Source of the DNA: Rhodobacterales bacterium
Lineage (GTDB): Bacteria > Pseudomonadota > Alphaproteobacteria > Rhodobacterales > Rhodobacteraceae
Length of the DNA stretch: 64,000 nt
Reading direction: 5' to 3'
NCBI GenBank assembly: GCA_048007995.1
Contig: CP180347.1
Location: forward strand, 289,014-353,013
The notes under the pieces: generated by a model
Told to the model about the DNA's origin: nothing
The model's database searches: none
Seen by the model: only the letters and a program-made list of their open reading frames with translations
In this document: piece by piece, positions 27,486-37,556 of the stretch
How the letters are laid out: the number at the start of each line of letters is the position of its first letter
Numbering within the stretch: position 1 is the stretch's first letter
Translations under genes and position numbers: made by a program

Positions 27486-27952
27486 TCGTCTTCTTTGGCT
27501 GCTTGCGGGCGCAATTCGCTGACGAATTTATCGAAATCATCCGCCGCCTGAAAGTTCTTGTAAACGCTGGCAAAGCGCACATAGGCGACCGTGTCGATCC
27601 TTGCCAGGCTTTCCATCACGATCTCGCCAATCGTGCCAGACGGGATGTCGGTATCGCCCAGACTTTCTAGCCTGCGCACGATGCCGCTGATCATCTGATC
27701 CATCCGTTCTGGTTCAACAGGGCGTTTTTGCAGCGCGATCCGGATCGAGCGTTCCAGCTTCTGGCGGTCGAAATCCTCGCGCCGCCCATTGGATTTGATC
27801 ACCACCAGATCACGCAATTGCACGCGTTCATAGGTGGTGAAACGCCCGCCACAGGCCGGACAAAACCGCCTGCGCCGGATCGCCACATGGTCCTCGGCGG
27901 GACGGGAATCCTTGACCTGGGTATCGACATTTCCGCAAAAAGGGCAACGCAT
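27482..27952 (-). CDS. nrdR: Ribonucleotide reductase repressor NrdR
   Basis: [38 protein letters not shown]. Confidence 0.97.
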   Translation of the reverse strand: MRCPFCGNVDTQVKDSRPAEDHVAIRRRRFCPACGGRFTTYERVQLRDLVVIKSNGRREDFDRQKLERSIRIALQKRPVEPERMDQMISGIVRRLESLGDTDIPSGTIGEIVMESLARIDTVAYVRFASVYKNFQAADDFDKFVSELRPQAAKEDE

Positions 27953-27993
27953 AAGGGGGTCCTTTGGGTCTATGTGTTGGGGCAAGACCCCAC

Positions 27994-28002
27994 TTATCCA
28001 CA
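27994..28002. promoter_or_regulatory. Perfect DnaA box upstream of nrdR
   Basis: TTATCCACA, about 40 bp upstream of the nrdR ATG. Confidence 0.6.
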
Positions 28003-28223
28003 GCCACTATAAGAACCCGCCTTGGTTTTGGGTAGGGGGGATTTTAGACCGCTAGATACAGCATGAGACAGGCAGCTCAATGGCGACCGGCCAAGAAAGT
28101 GCCATGCTTTCGCTGACAGAGGTCTCGACGCCTTGTCACGTCAAACCAAAGCCTGACGCTATCGTTTAATCTGCTATTTCACTGGGCCAGAACACGGGTT
28201 GCCACGCCAGATATACGGCTTGG

Positions 28224-28267
28224 GTCAGCCCCGCCCAGCCGATACAACCGACTGGGCAAGGCCTGAC
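28224..28267 (-). terminator. Long stem-loop just downstream of the rpoD stop
   Basis: Minus strand GTCAG-G-CCTTGCCCAGTCG-loop-CGGCTGGGCGGGGCTGAC; G-U pairs form only on the rpoD strand; no U-tract. Confidence 0.5.
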
Positions 28268-28271
28268 TGTA

Positions 28272-30251
28272 TCACTGGTCCAGGAACGACCGCAATTTGC
28301 GTGACCGGCTGGGGTGCTTCAACTTCCGCAGCGCCTTCGCCTCGATCTGGCGGATGCGTTCGCGGGTAACGCTGAACTGCTGGCCGACCTCTTCGAGCGT
28401 GTGATCCGTGTTCATCCCGATCCCGAACCGCATGCGCAGCACACGTTCTTCGCGCGGCGTGAGCGAAGCCAGCACGCGGGTCGTGGTTTCTTTCAGGTTT
28501 TCCTGAATGGCGCTGTCCAGCGGCAGGATCGCGTTCTTGTCTTCGATGAAATCGCCAAGCTGGCTGTCTTCCTCGTCACCAATCGGCGTTTCGAGCGAAA
28601 TCGGTTCCTTGGCGATCTTCATCACCTTGCGGACCTTTTCCAGCGGCATTTGCAGCTTTTCGGCCAATTCCTCTGGCGTGGGTTCGCGGCCGATTTCATG
28701 CAGCATCTGGCGGCCGGTGCGGACCAGTTTGTTGATCGTCTCGATCATATGCACCGGAATCCGGATCGTGCGGGCCTGATCCGCGATGGACCGGGTGATC
28801 GCCTGCCGGATCCACCATGTCGCATAGGTGCTGAATTTATAGCCACGGCGATATTCGAATTTGTCGACGGCCTTCATCAGGCCGATATTGCCTTCTTGAA
28901 TAAGATCAAGGAATTGCAGGCCGCGGTTGGTGTATTTTTTGGCGATGGAAATGACCAGACGCAGGTTCGCCTCGACCATTTCCTTTTTCGCCTGCCGCGC
29001 TTCTTTTTCGCCTTTTTGGACCTGCTGGACGATACGGCGGAATTCGGTGATATCGACGCCGACATATTGCCCGACCTGCGCCATATCATTGCGCAATTCT
29101 TCGATCTTGTCGGTCGATTTCTCGACCAAAGCCTGCCAGCCCCGGCCCGATTTGGCGGCCATCTGTTCCAGCCAGTTCGGGTCCAATTCGCGCCCGCGAT
29201 ATTCGTCGATGAATTCGCGGCGGTTGATGCGGGCCTGATCGGCCAGTTTCACCATCGCGCTGTCGATCGACATGATCCGGCGGTTGATGCCATACAACTG
29301 GTCGATCAGCGCCTCGATCCGGTTGTTGTGCAGGTGCAGCGAATTGACCAGCACCACGATTTCAGAGCGCAGCGTCTGATAGCGTTCTTCCTCTTTGACC
29401 GAAAACGACGAATCCTCGTTCAAGGTCGCGGACATCCGCGCGTCCTGCATATCGGACAGATCGGCAAAGCCGCGCGCGATAATTTCCAGCGTTTCCAGCA
29501 CGCGCGGTTTCAGCGCGGCCTCCATCGCGGCCAGCGACATATTGGCCTGATCGTCATCGTCGTCGTCATCGTCCTTGCTGATCGGGTTGCCGTCAGCATC
29601 CAATTCGCTGCCGCCATCCTCCTTGCTGTCGGACACAGAGGCGGCGGTGACGACGGTTTCAACCTCGCCCTCCTCGCCCAATTGGTTGCCAAAGGTCGTT
29701 TCAAGGTCGATCACGTCGCGCAGCAGGATGTCCTCTGACAGCAATTCGTCGCGCCAGATGGTGATCGCCTGAAAGGTCAGCGGGCTTTCACACAGGCCCA
29801 GAATCATCGTGTTGCGGCCAGCCTCGATCCGCTTGGCGATGGCGATCTCGCCTTCGCGCGACAAAAGCTCGACCGATCCCATTTCGCGCAGATACATGCG
29901 GACGGGGTCATCGGTGCGGTCCAGCTTTTCCGCCTCGGCGCCGCCGATGGTGACATCGCGCGACCCAGATACGGTGGCAATGTCGGTGCCGCCGGCGCCA
30001 TCATCGCTTTCTTCTGATTCTTCTTCCTCGGTGACCTGAATGCCCATTTCGGACAACATCGACATCACGTCCTCGATCTGATCGGACGACACCTGTTCAG
30101 GTGGCAGGACCGCGTTCAGCTGGTCATATGTAATGTAGCCGCGTTCGCGGGCATCGGCGATCATTCGCTTGACCGCGGCCTGGCTCATATCAAGACTGAT
30201 ATCCCCATCCTGGTCGTTGTCCTTGCGATCATCGGTGTCTTTCGCAGCCAT
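28272..30251 (-). CDS. rpoD: Primary sigma factor RpoD
   Basis: Acidic region 1.1, [54 protein letters not shown]. Confidence 0.98.
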   Translation of the reverse strand: MAAKDTDDRKDNDQDGDISLDMSQAAVKRMIADARERGYITYDQLNAVLPPEQVSSDQIEDVMSMLSEMGIQVTEEEESEESDDGAGGTDIATVSGSRDVTIGGAEAEKLDRTDDPVRMYLREMGSVELLSREGEIAIAKRIEAGRNTMILGLCESPLTFQAITIWRDELLSEDILLRDVIDLETTFGNQLGEEGEVETVVTAASVSDSKEDGGSELDADGNPISKDDDDDDDDQANMSLAAMEAALKPRVLETLEIIARGFADLSDMQDARMSATLNEDSSFSVKEEERYQTLRSEIVVLVNSLHLHNNRIEALIDQLYGINRRIMSIDSAMVKLADQARINRREFIDEYRGRELDPNWLEQMAAKSGRGWQALVEKSTDKIEELRNDMAQVGQYVGVDITEFRRIVQQVQKGEKEARQAKKEMVEANLRLVISIAKKYTNRGLQFLDLIQEGNIGLMKAVDKFEYRRGYKFSTYATWWIRQAITRSIADQARTIRIPVHMIETINKLVRTGRQMLHEIGREPTPEELAEKLQMPLEKVRKVMKIAKEPISLETPIGDEEDSQLGDFIEDKNAILPLDSAIQENLKETTTRVLASLTPREERVLRMRFGIGMNTDHTLEEVGQQFSVTRERIRQIEAKALRKLKHPSRSRKLRSFLDQ

Positions 30252-30284
30252 CAAAGGGACCCTTCCAAGTCGTCGTTACGCAGC

Positions 30285-30326
30285 CAGGGTGATTCGGCTG
30301 ATTCGGTCATTCCCGAATCAACCCTG
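30285..30326 (-). promoter_or_regulatory. GANTC-rich hairpin in the dnaG-rpoD intergenic region
   Basis: CAGGGT-GATTCGG...CCGAATC-A-ACCCTG; three GANTC sites (30291, 30300, 30315). Confidence 0.45.
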
Positions 30327-30380
30327 CATCGGCGTGAACCGCAAGCAGGCGACCGCGTGTTTTTCAGTTCTGTTGCCATG

Positions 30381-32345
30381 TCATGACCTAGGCCGGTCCT
30401 GTCCTTTGGCAAAATTGATCTGGTCGAGCAATTGGTCCAATGCACTGCGCTCGTCCTTTTTCATTCGCGCCCCGTTGGGGCCAACCGCATATTCGGCGCG
30501 GTCCTCGTTATCGCCGCGTCCGGCCTTGTCTACCGCCGCACTGGCCTGTGCCAGCCGCCATGTCAGCCCCTCATCGGCCAGCCCACCAAGGTCTTCGACC
30601 GCATCTTCGATCTCGCGGGCATGGCCGCGGCGGGCGGTCAGTTTCGCAAATTCCTCGGCCAGGCACAGGCGCGCGACCTCGGCCTGCCCTTTGCGGCGCA
30701 CGGCGGGGCTGATTGCGACATGGCTTTGCGTCAGCAGCTTTTCAAGAGCATCTGCCCCCAGATCAGCCGAAATAGCGGTTTGCAGATCGGCATGTCCAAG
30801 ATGGCGCAAAATCGCTGCCTGCAGGTCACGATGCGCCGGATCGCGGCAATCAATGCGTTCTAGCGCATCACCAAACTCTACCGCTACACCGGGGGCGACG
30901 ATCATCGTGGCCAGAATAACCGCCTCGCGCAGATGTTCTTGGCTGACGGCCCCCGCCCCCAGCATGGAATTGCGCGCCGTGGCCACGGGGCTGATCGTGC
31001 GTTTCCACGGATCGGCATTGCGCGACCATGTCCCGCCTTGGGCCCTGGGCGCGGCGGGACGGCGGGTGCTGAACAAGGCCCAGCGCATCTCTTTGATCGC
31101 CTCGCCATAATGGCTGCGAATCGATGGATCGGCGATCAGCTTGATCTTGTCACGCAGCGCCTTGTCCAAAGCGGCCTTGCGTTCGGGGCTGTCGAAAGTC
31201 TTGCCTTCGGTCTCGCGCTGCCACAACAGCTGCACCATCGGGATCGCAGCATCGAGCAGTTTTTGCATCGCGCCCGCGCCTTGCGTCTTGATCACATCAT
31301 CAGGGTCCAGCCCTGCCGGCATCAGCGCAAACCGCAAGCTTTGCCCCGATTCCAACAGCGGCAGCGCGATATCGATCAAGCGCATCGCGGCACGCAGACC
31401 GGCGGTATCACCATCCAGCGCGATGACCGGCTCGGGCGCGATCCGCCAGAGCAGGCGCAACTGATCCTCGGTGATCGCGGTGCCCAGGGGGGCCACCGTC
31501 GCGGTAAATCCCGCCTCTGCCAGCGCGATCACATCCATATAGCCTTCGGCCACGATCAAAGGCTTGCCCTTGCCCGCAGCCTCACGCGCGGGGCCATGGT
31601 TGAACAGGCTGCGGCCCTTGTCGAACAGCGGCGTTTCGGGGGAATTGTAATATTTCGCAGGCGCGTTGGGGTCCATCGCGCGACCCCCCATCCCGATGGC
31701 GCGGCCTCGCGCATCACGGATCGGAAAGATGATCCTGCCCCGAAACCGGTCATAAGGCGCACCACCTCGGTCGCTTTCAGCGGCGATGCCCGCGGCGATC
31801 ACCAGCTTGGCATCCACCCCCTGTGCGGTCAGATGCGCCAGCGCCCCGCCCTGCGCAGGTGCAAAGCCGATATCCCACCGCTCCAGCGCCTGCGCGCTCA
31901 GGCCGCGCCGTGCCAGATAATCGCGCGCCTCGGCCGCCGCCGCTGTCTGCAATTGCAACCGATGCCATTTGATGACCTTTTCCATCACCTCGACCAGCTG
32001 GCCGCGCAGATCGGCCTTTTGCTGGGCGGCCGGGTCGCGTTCGGGCATCGGCATTCCGGCCTCGCCCGCCAGAATCTTCACCGCCTCCATGAAATCGACA
32101 TTCTCGGTCTCGCGCACGAATGAAATCGCGTCACCCTTGGCGTGGCAGCCAAAGCAGTAATAATACCCTTTGCGATCATCGACGTGGAAACTGGCGCTTT
32201 TCTCTTGATGAAACGGGCATGGCGCCCAAAGATCGCCCTTGCCGGGGTTGGATTTGCGGGCGTCCCACATGACCTTGCGCCCGACGACCTGTCCAAGCGA
32301 CAGCCGGTTGCGTAATTCGTCCAAAAATCCAGGTGGCAGGCTCAT
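30381..32345 (-). CDS. dnaG: DNA primase
   Basis: Zinc finger CPFHQEKSASF..CFGC, FRGRIIFPI, KYYNSPET, TOPRIM EGYMD and ALDGDTAG. Confidence 0.97.
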   Translation of the reverse strand: MSLPPGFLDELRNRLSLGQVVGRKVMWDARKSNPGKGDLWAPCPFHQEKSASFHVDDRKGYYYCFGCHAKGDAISFVRETENVDFMEAVKILAGEAGMPMPERDPAAQQKADLRGQLVEVMEKVIKWHRLQLQTAAAAEARDYLARRGLSAQALERWDIGFAPAQGGALAHLTAQGVDAKLVIAAGIAAESDRGGAPYDRFRGRIIFPIRDARGRAIGMGGRAMDPNAPAKYYNSPETPLFDKGRSLFNHGPAREAAGKGKPLIVAEGYMDVIALAEAGFTATVAPLGTAITEDQLRLLWRIAPEPVIALDGDTAGLRAAMRLIDIALPLLESGQSLRFALMPAGLDPDDVIKTQGAGAMQKLLDAAIPMVQLLWQRETEGKTFDSPERKAALDKALRDKIKLIADPSIRSHYGEAIKEMRWALFSTRRPAAPRAQGGTWSRNADPWKRTISPVATARNSMLGAGAVSQEHLREAVILATMIVAPGVAVEFGDALERIDCRDPAHRDLQAAILRHLGHADLQTAISADLGADALEKLLTQSHVAISPAVRRKGQAEVARLCLAEEFAKLTARRGHAREIEDAVEDLGGLADEGLTWRLAQASAAVDKAGRGDNEDRAEYAVGPNGARMKKDERSALDQLLDQINFAKGQDRPRS

Positions 32346-32351
32346 GCGCGC

Positions 32352-32380
32352 AGTATCCGCCTTTTGCCCCTGCTTTCCAA
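32352..32380 (-). promoter_or_regulatory. Putative dnaG promoter; probable leaderless mRNA
   Basis: TTGGAA-N17-GATACT-N6-ATG; no Shine-Dalgarno. Confidence 0.5.
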
Positions 32381-32408
32381 GGGCTGCTATCGACCGAAAA
32401 GGCCTTTG

Positions 32409-32441
32409 CATCGTCCGAGCAAAAATATCCCCGCCGGAGGC
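32409..32441 (+). repeat. Dispersed intergenic repeat, copy E
   Basis: CATCGTCCGAGCAAAAATATCCCCGCCGGAGGC between soxG and dnaG. Confidence 0.75.
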
Positions 32442-32460
32442 CTCGGTCTGGCGCGCAGCG

Positions 32461-33003
32461 TCAGGCCGATCCGCGCGCCGCCAGCCCCGCCATCGCCTCT
32501 TGCAGATCATGCACCAATGACGCCGCCATTGACCGCATCACCATCACCTCGAACGCCTGCGCACCGGTGCGGGTGATGCTGACCGGCAAATGGCCCAGCA
32601 GGCTGCGGGCGGTATGGTTGATCTTGAACGCGCTGACGCGCAGATCAAGCGGGACCAGCCGCGCCAGCACCGCCTCGCCCCCCGCCCCCGCGATCTCCAG
32701 CGCGGCATAACCGTCGGATTGATCAGTGACCGCCGCCAGCCCGTCCAGCATGACAGGCGCGCTGACGATCCACGCATCATGGCCGATCCATTGGCAGATC
32801 ACATCGCCCGCAATGGTCCGCCGCCCAACGGCGGGCAGGCTCAGGCCAAGCTGCGATTTGATCGCCGCCGATACCGGCTTGTGCTGGCCACGATAGGGGG
32901 CAATGGAAAACAGCGTCTCGTGCGTGACCTCGGTGCAGGTCACATCGCCTGTCTGCAACGGCAACAGATCGCCAAAAGCGCCAAGTGCGATCAATCTAGC
33001 CAC
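32461..33003 (-). CDS. soxG: Sarcosine oxidase gamma subunit
   Basis: GTG start with RBS AAGGAGGA; VTDQSDG, ARLVPLDL, VMRSMA; operon position. Confidence 0.85.
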   Translation of the reverse strand: MARLIALGAFGDLLPLQTGDVTCTEVTHETLFSIAPYRGQHKPVSAAIKSQLGLSLPAVGRRTIAGDVICQWIGHDAWIVSAPVMLDGLAAVTDQSDGYAALEIAGAGGEAVLARLVPLDLRVSAFKINHTARSLLGHLPVSITRTGAQAFEVMVMRSMAASLVHDLQEAMAGLAARGSA

Positions 33004-35893
33004 GGGCGCGTCCTCCTTCGGGGTCGAAGAACACCGGATGGCAGACCTCGGCCAATGTATCCACACCGCGCAAATGGTCGACCATGCGGATCACCTCGCC
33101 ATACCTTTCGGGGCCGTTTTTCAGAAACCCAAGCCCCAGATAACAATCCAGCGTCGGCGAATAACAGGCCGAAGTGACATAGCCCTGATCATTGGCGGTC
33201 ACGGCCTTGGCGTCTTTGGCAAACAGATGCGCGCCCGCGGTCAGACGCCGCCCTTCTTCTACCGCACGCAGACCGACCAGCCGTTCGCGGGCAGGGTCCA
33301 GCAGACCGGGACGCCGGGATGCGGCTTGCCCGATACAATCTTTCGCGGTGCTGACCATCCCCGCCAGCCCCAGATCATACGCCGTGGTGCGCCCGTGCAG
33401 TTCGGCATGGGTCAACAGGCCCTTTTCGATGCGCAGGACATTCAGCGCCTCTAACCCGTAAGGGCCACCGCCCAAGGTGCGCGCCTGCGCCACCAATTGC
33501 CGAAACAGGCTTTCGCCGTACCGCGCAGGCACCGCGATCTCGTAGGCAGTTTCGCCCGAAAACGAGATCCGGAACAGCCGCCCCGCCACACCGCCGATAC
33601 CTACAGCGCCACAAGCCATGAAAGGCCAATCCTCATCGGTAATCTGGTCATCCAGCACGGTGTTCAGCAGCACCTGCGCGCGGGGTCCGGCCACGGCAAA
33701 CTGCGCCCAATGATCCGTCACCGACACGATGCGCGCATCAAGATCAGGGCGCAGCACCTGCCCCGCGAATTCCAAATGGCGCATCACCTGCCCTGCCGCA
33801 GCCGTCGTCGTGGTAATGACAAAATGATCCGGCGCCAGACGCGCGGCCGTGCCGTCATCCATGACGAACCCGTCCTCGCGCAGCATCAGCCCGTAACGTA
33901 CGCGCCCGACCTTCAGGGTCGACATGCGGTTCGTATAGACAAAGTCCAAAAGTGCTGCCGCATCAGGCCCTTGCACGTCGATCTTACCCAAGGTGGACAC
34001 GTCGCAAACGCCAACAACATTGCGCACATAGTTCACTTCACGGTCGCAGGATTGGCGCCAGCTGACGTCGCCTTCCAGCGGGAAATAGCTGGGGCGATAC
34101 CAGAGCCCCGCCTCGATCATCGGCGCACGGGCCGCGACGCTTGCGTGATGCGATGTCATCAGGCGGCTTGGGGCAAACCCTTTGCCCTGCCCGCCTGCGC
34201 CCATCGCGGCGATACTGACCGGGACGAAAGGCGGACGGAAGGTCGTTGTCCCCGTCTCGGGGATGCCGCGCCCGGTCAGATCGGCCAGCACAGCAAGCGC
34301 CAGCACGTTCGAGGATTTGCCCTGATCGGGCGCCATGCCTTGGGTGGTATAGCGTTTCATATGCTCGACGCTGCGCATGTTTTCCTGTGCCGACAGCGCG
34401 ATGTCCTTGGTCGTCACATCATTCTGGAAATCGACCCATTTGCGCCCCTTTCCGGGGACCTCCCACAGCGGCGCAATCGCATAGGCGCGGGCCTCGGCCA
34501 TGGGCAGCGTCACCTCGGGTGTGAACCCGAGGCCACGGGCGATCTCTGCGGCCACCTCGGCCCCGTCGCGCAGACAGCCTGCGGTGTCAAAGACACCGTG
34601 ACACGCCCCTGCCACCGCCATGCCGGGGATCGCGTCAGGGCTTGGCACAAAGGCTGCGATATCTTCGCGCCACTGGGGCCGTCCGTTCATGTGACAGGTT
34701 AGATGCAACGACGGGTTCCAGCCGCCGGATATGGCCAAACAATCGGTCTGGATCACCCGCGTGCCGCCCTGATGGGTGACAGTGATGCTGGTCAGACCCA
34801 GCCTGCCGGTCGTCGTCGTGACGCTGCCACCGGTATAGACCGGATAATCCGCCGTGACCTGCACATCAGCGCGGGCATCGATCAGCCCCGCGATCTTGAT
34901 CCCCGCCGCCGCCAGATCGCGCGCGGTGCGGTGCGCGTCATCGTTGTTGCCAAAGACCGTGACCGACCGGCCGGGTGCCACACCCCAGCGGGTGACATAG
35001 GCCCGCACCGCCCCCGCCAGCATGATGCCGGGCCGGTCATTGTCAGGAAACGCGATAGGGCGTTCCAGCGCACCCGCACAAAGCACCGATCGTTTGGCCA
35101 CGATCCGCCAGAAACACTCAACCGGCGCATCCGCACCCACGATGCGTTCCAGCGCGCCATAGGTGCCTTGGTCATAGGCACCGGTCACGGTCGTGCGCGT
35201 CATCAGCCGCACATTGGGCAGCGCGCGCAATTGCGCCAGCACATCCGCAACCCACAGAGCGGCAGGCCGGCCATCCACATCCTCGACCTCGCGCAGCAGA
35301 CGGCCGCCCATGGCGCTGTCCTCATCGGCAAGGATCACATCGACACCCGCCCGCCCTGCGGTCAGTGCCGCCATCAGCCCCGCAGGCCCCGCCCCGATCA
35401 CCAGCAGATCGCAAAAGGCAAAGGCCTTTTCATAACGCTCAGCATTGGCCTCACCACTCAACCGGCCAAGGCCCGCCGCGCGGCGGATCACCGGCTCATA
35501 GAGCCTTTCCCAGAACGACGCAGGCCACATGAAGGTCTTGTAATAAAACCCCGCCCCCAGAAACGGCGACAAAAGGTCATTCACCGCCAGCGCATCATGG
35601 CGCAGGCTGGGCCAGGCGTTCTGGTTGAACACCTCCAGCCCCTCGGACACTTCGACCATGGTCGCGCGCCGGTTCGGGTCCTGTGCGGCACCGCGCCCGA
35701 CCGTGACCAGCGCGTTCGGTTCTTCGGACCCCGCCGTCAGCACGCCGCGCGGGCGGTGGTATTTGAATGAGCGGCCCATCAGCCTGATCCCGCTGGCCAG
35801 CAGCGCGGCAGCGACCGGTTCGCCCGGTACGCCCTGCACGGGTTTGCCGTCAAAGGTAAAGGTCACGGTCTGGCCAGGGTTGCGCAGCCTCAT
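32996..35893 (-). CDS. soxA: Sarcosine oxidase alpha subunit
   Basis: GRSFKYHRPRG, GAGPAG, KRYTTQGMAPDQGK, DVSTLGKIDVQG, RISFSGE, GcvT-like C-terminus. Confidence 0.95.
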   Translation of the reverse strand: MRLRNPGQTVTFTFDGKPVQGVPGEPVAAALLASGIRLMGRSFKYHRPRGVLTAGSEEPNALVTVGRGAAQDPNRRATMVEVSEGLEVFNQNAWPSLRHDALAVNDLLSPFLGAGFYYKTFMWPASFWERLYEPVIRRAAGLGRLSGEANAERYEKAFAFCDLLVIGAGPAGLMAALTAGRAGVDVILADEDSAMGGRLLREVEDVDGRPAALWVADVLAQLRALPNVRLMTRTTVTGAYDQGTYGALERIVGADAPVECFWRIVAKRSVLCAGALERPIAFPDNDRPGIMLAGAVRAYVTRWGVAPGRSVTVFGNNDDAHRTARDLAAAGIKIAGLIDARADVQVTADYPVYTGGSVTTTTGRLGLTSITVTHQGGTRVIQTDCLAISGGWNPSLHLTCHMNGRPQWREDIAAFVPSPDAIPGMAVAGACHGVFDTAGCLRDGAEVAAEIARGLGFTPEVTLPMAEARAYAIAPLWEVPGKGRKWVDFQNDVTTKDIALSAQENMRSVEHMKRYTTQGMAPDQGKSSNVLALAVLADLTGRGIPETGTTTFRPPFVPVSIAAMGAGGQGKGFAPSRLMTSHHASVAARAPMIEAGLWYRPSYFPLEGDVSWRQSCDREVNYVRNVVGVCDVSTLGKIDVQGPDAAALLDFVYTNRMSTLKVGRVRYGLMLREDGFVMDDGTAARLAPDHFVITTTTAAAGQVMRHLEFAGQVLRPDLDARIVSVTDHWAQFAVAGPRAQVLLNTVLDDQITDEDWPFMACGAVGIGGVAGRLFRISFSGETAYEIAVPARYGESLFRQLVAQARTLGGGPYGLEALNVLRIEKGLLTHAELHGRTTAYDLGLAGMVSTAKDCIGQAASRRPGLLDPARERLVGLRAVEEGRRLTAGAHLFAKDAKAVTANDQGYVTSACYSPTLDCYLGLGFLKNGPERYGEVIRMVDHLRGVDTLAEVCHPVFFDPEGGRARG

Positions 35894-36153
35894 GATGCGG
35901 CCTTTTGCGCAAGCGTCGCGCCATGAACCGCATGGGACAGCGTGTTGCGCGCCACGACGATCCATGCGCCACAGCCCGCCTCGTGATACCACAGATCGCG
36001 TGTGTCGCCGGCGGGGTTGTCGCGGTTATGCAGGTAATCATCCCAGGCGTCAGGCCCCGCATCAGCTGCGGGGCGGGTGATCGCCACGGCATCGCCCATA
36101 TAATAAAACTCGCGCCGGTCGCGTTGGCCGCAATGGGGGCAGTTAATCCGCAT
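35890..36153 (-). CDS. soxD: Sarcosine oxidase delta subunit
   Basis: MRINCPHCGQR, DYLHNRDNPAG, WYHEAGC. Confidence 0.93.
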   Translation of the reverse strand: MRINCPHCGQRDRREFYYMGDAVAITRPAADAGPDAWDDYLHNRDNPAGDTRDLWYHEAGCGAWIVVARNTLSHAVHGATLAQKAAS

Positions 36154-36160
36154 GATCCGC

Positions 36161-36187
36161 CTTCATTCTCATTTCTTCAAAATACTC
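36161..36187 (+). repeat. Degenerate dispersed repeat, copy F (head only)
   Basis: CTTCATTCTCATTTCTTCAAAATACTC in the 45-bp soxB-soxD gap. Confidence 0.55.
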
Positions 36188-36198
36188 ATTTCCTGCGC

Positions 36199-37452
36199 TC
36201 AATGCAGGTTATGCTGCGACCCGGTGCCTTCTTCGTCCATCAACCCGACCCCGGTGCGGAACCGATCAAGCCGGAATTTCGCCGCCGTTGCATGGGGCTG
36301 GCCGGTCGCCATCAGATGCGCAAAGGCAAAGCCAGAGGCGGGTACGGCCTTGAACCCGCCATAGCACCAGCCGCAGTCGATAAATAACCCCTTGGTCGGC
36401 GTTGTGTCGATGATCGGGCTGCCGTCGGGGGTCATGTCCATGATCCCGCCCCAGGATCGCAACACACGGGCCTTGCCGATCATCGGCATCAGGGTCATCG
36501 CGGCCTCCATCACATGTTCGGCCATCGGCAGATTGCCGCGCGCGGCGTAAGAGGCGTAGAAATCCAGATCGCCGCCAAAGACCAACCCGCCCTTGTCAGA
36601 CTGGCTGATATAGAAATGGCCCATGCCGAAACTGACGACATGGTCGATCACGGGTTTCAGCCCCTCGGTCACAAAGGCCTGCAAGACATGGCTTTCGATC
36701 GGCAGGCGCATCCCCGCCATGGCCGCGACCTGCCCTGATCGGCCTGCAGTGACGATGCCCACCTTGCGCGCCCTGATCGGGCCGCGCGTGGTCTGCACGC
36801 CGGTCACGACGCCGTTTTCGATGTCGATGCCGGTGACTTCGCAATTCTGGATCAGATCGACGCCGCGCTGGTCGGCACCGCGCGCATAGCCCCAGGCCAC
36901 CGCGTCATGGCGTGCCGTGCCGCCACGCGGGTGATACAGGCCGCCATAGATCGGGAACCGGGCATTGTCGAAATCGAGATAGGGCAGATGGCTGCGCACG
37001 CCTTCGCGGTCCAGCAGGATCGCATCATCACCTTGATTGATCATCGCATTGCCGCGCCGCACGAAGGCATCACGCTGGCCGTCAGAATGGAACAGGTTGA
37101 TCAGCCCGCGTTGCGAATGCATCACGTTGTAATTGAGATCCTGTTCCATACGCTCCCACAGCTTGAGCGAATGCGAATAGAATTCCTGATTGCCCGGCAG
37201 GAAATAATTGGCGCGCACGATGGTGGTGTTGCGCCCGATATTGCCGCCGCCGATATGGCCTTTTTCCAGCACGGCGATATTGGTCAGCCCGTGTTCACGG
37301 GCAAGGTAATAGGCCGTGGCCAACCCATGTCCGCCACCGCCGATGATGATCGCGTCATAGCGCGGTTTGGGCGCGGGGTCGCGCCACAGCGGTTTCCAGC
37401 CTTTCTGGCCGAACAACCCTTCCTTGATGATCTGAAACCCCGAATAGCCCAT
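36199..37452 (-). CDS. soxB: Sarcosine oxidase beta subunit
   Basis: GGGGHGLATAYYLA, GRNTTIVRANY, ARHDAVAWGYARGA, GWCYGGFKA. Confidence 0.95.
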   Translation of the reverse strand: MGYSGFQIIKEGLFGQKGWKPLWRDPAPKPRYDAIIIGGGGHGLATAYYLAREHGLTNIAVLEKGHIGGGNIGRNTTIVRANYFLPGNQEFYSHSLKLWERMEQDLNYNVMHSQRGLINLFHSDGQRDAFVRRGNAMINQGDDAILLDREGVRSHLPYLDFDNARFPIYGGLYHPRGGTARHDAVAWGYARGADQRGVDLIQNCEVTGIDIENGVVTGVQTTRGPIRARKVGIVTAGRSGQVAAMAGMRLPIESHVLQAFVTEGLKPVIDHVVSFGMGHFYISQSDKGGLVFGGDLDFYASYAARGNLPMAEHVMEAAMTLMPMIGKARVLRSWGGIMDMTPDGSPIIDTTPTKGLFIDCGWCYGGFKAVPASGFAFAHLMATGQPHATAAKFRLDRFRTGVGLMDEEGTGSQHNLH

Positions 37453-37556
37453 GCCCTGCCCCTTGCCGCGCCAGCCCGACTCTAGCCGATTGGCGGCAGA
37501 CCGAAAGGGCAAATGCGGGTGTAAGGTGGATCATGATCCACCTTACGTTTCAGCCC

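Noticed and set aside
28314-29738. 474-aa antisense ORF over rpoD
   Set aside because: Shadow frame: high-GC codon bias makes antisense stops rare; no recognisable motif or RBS.
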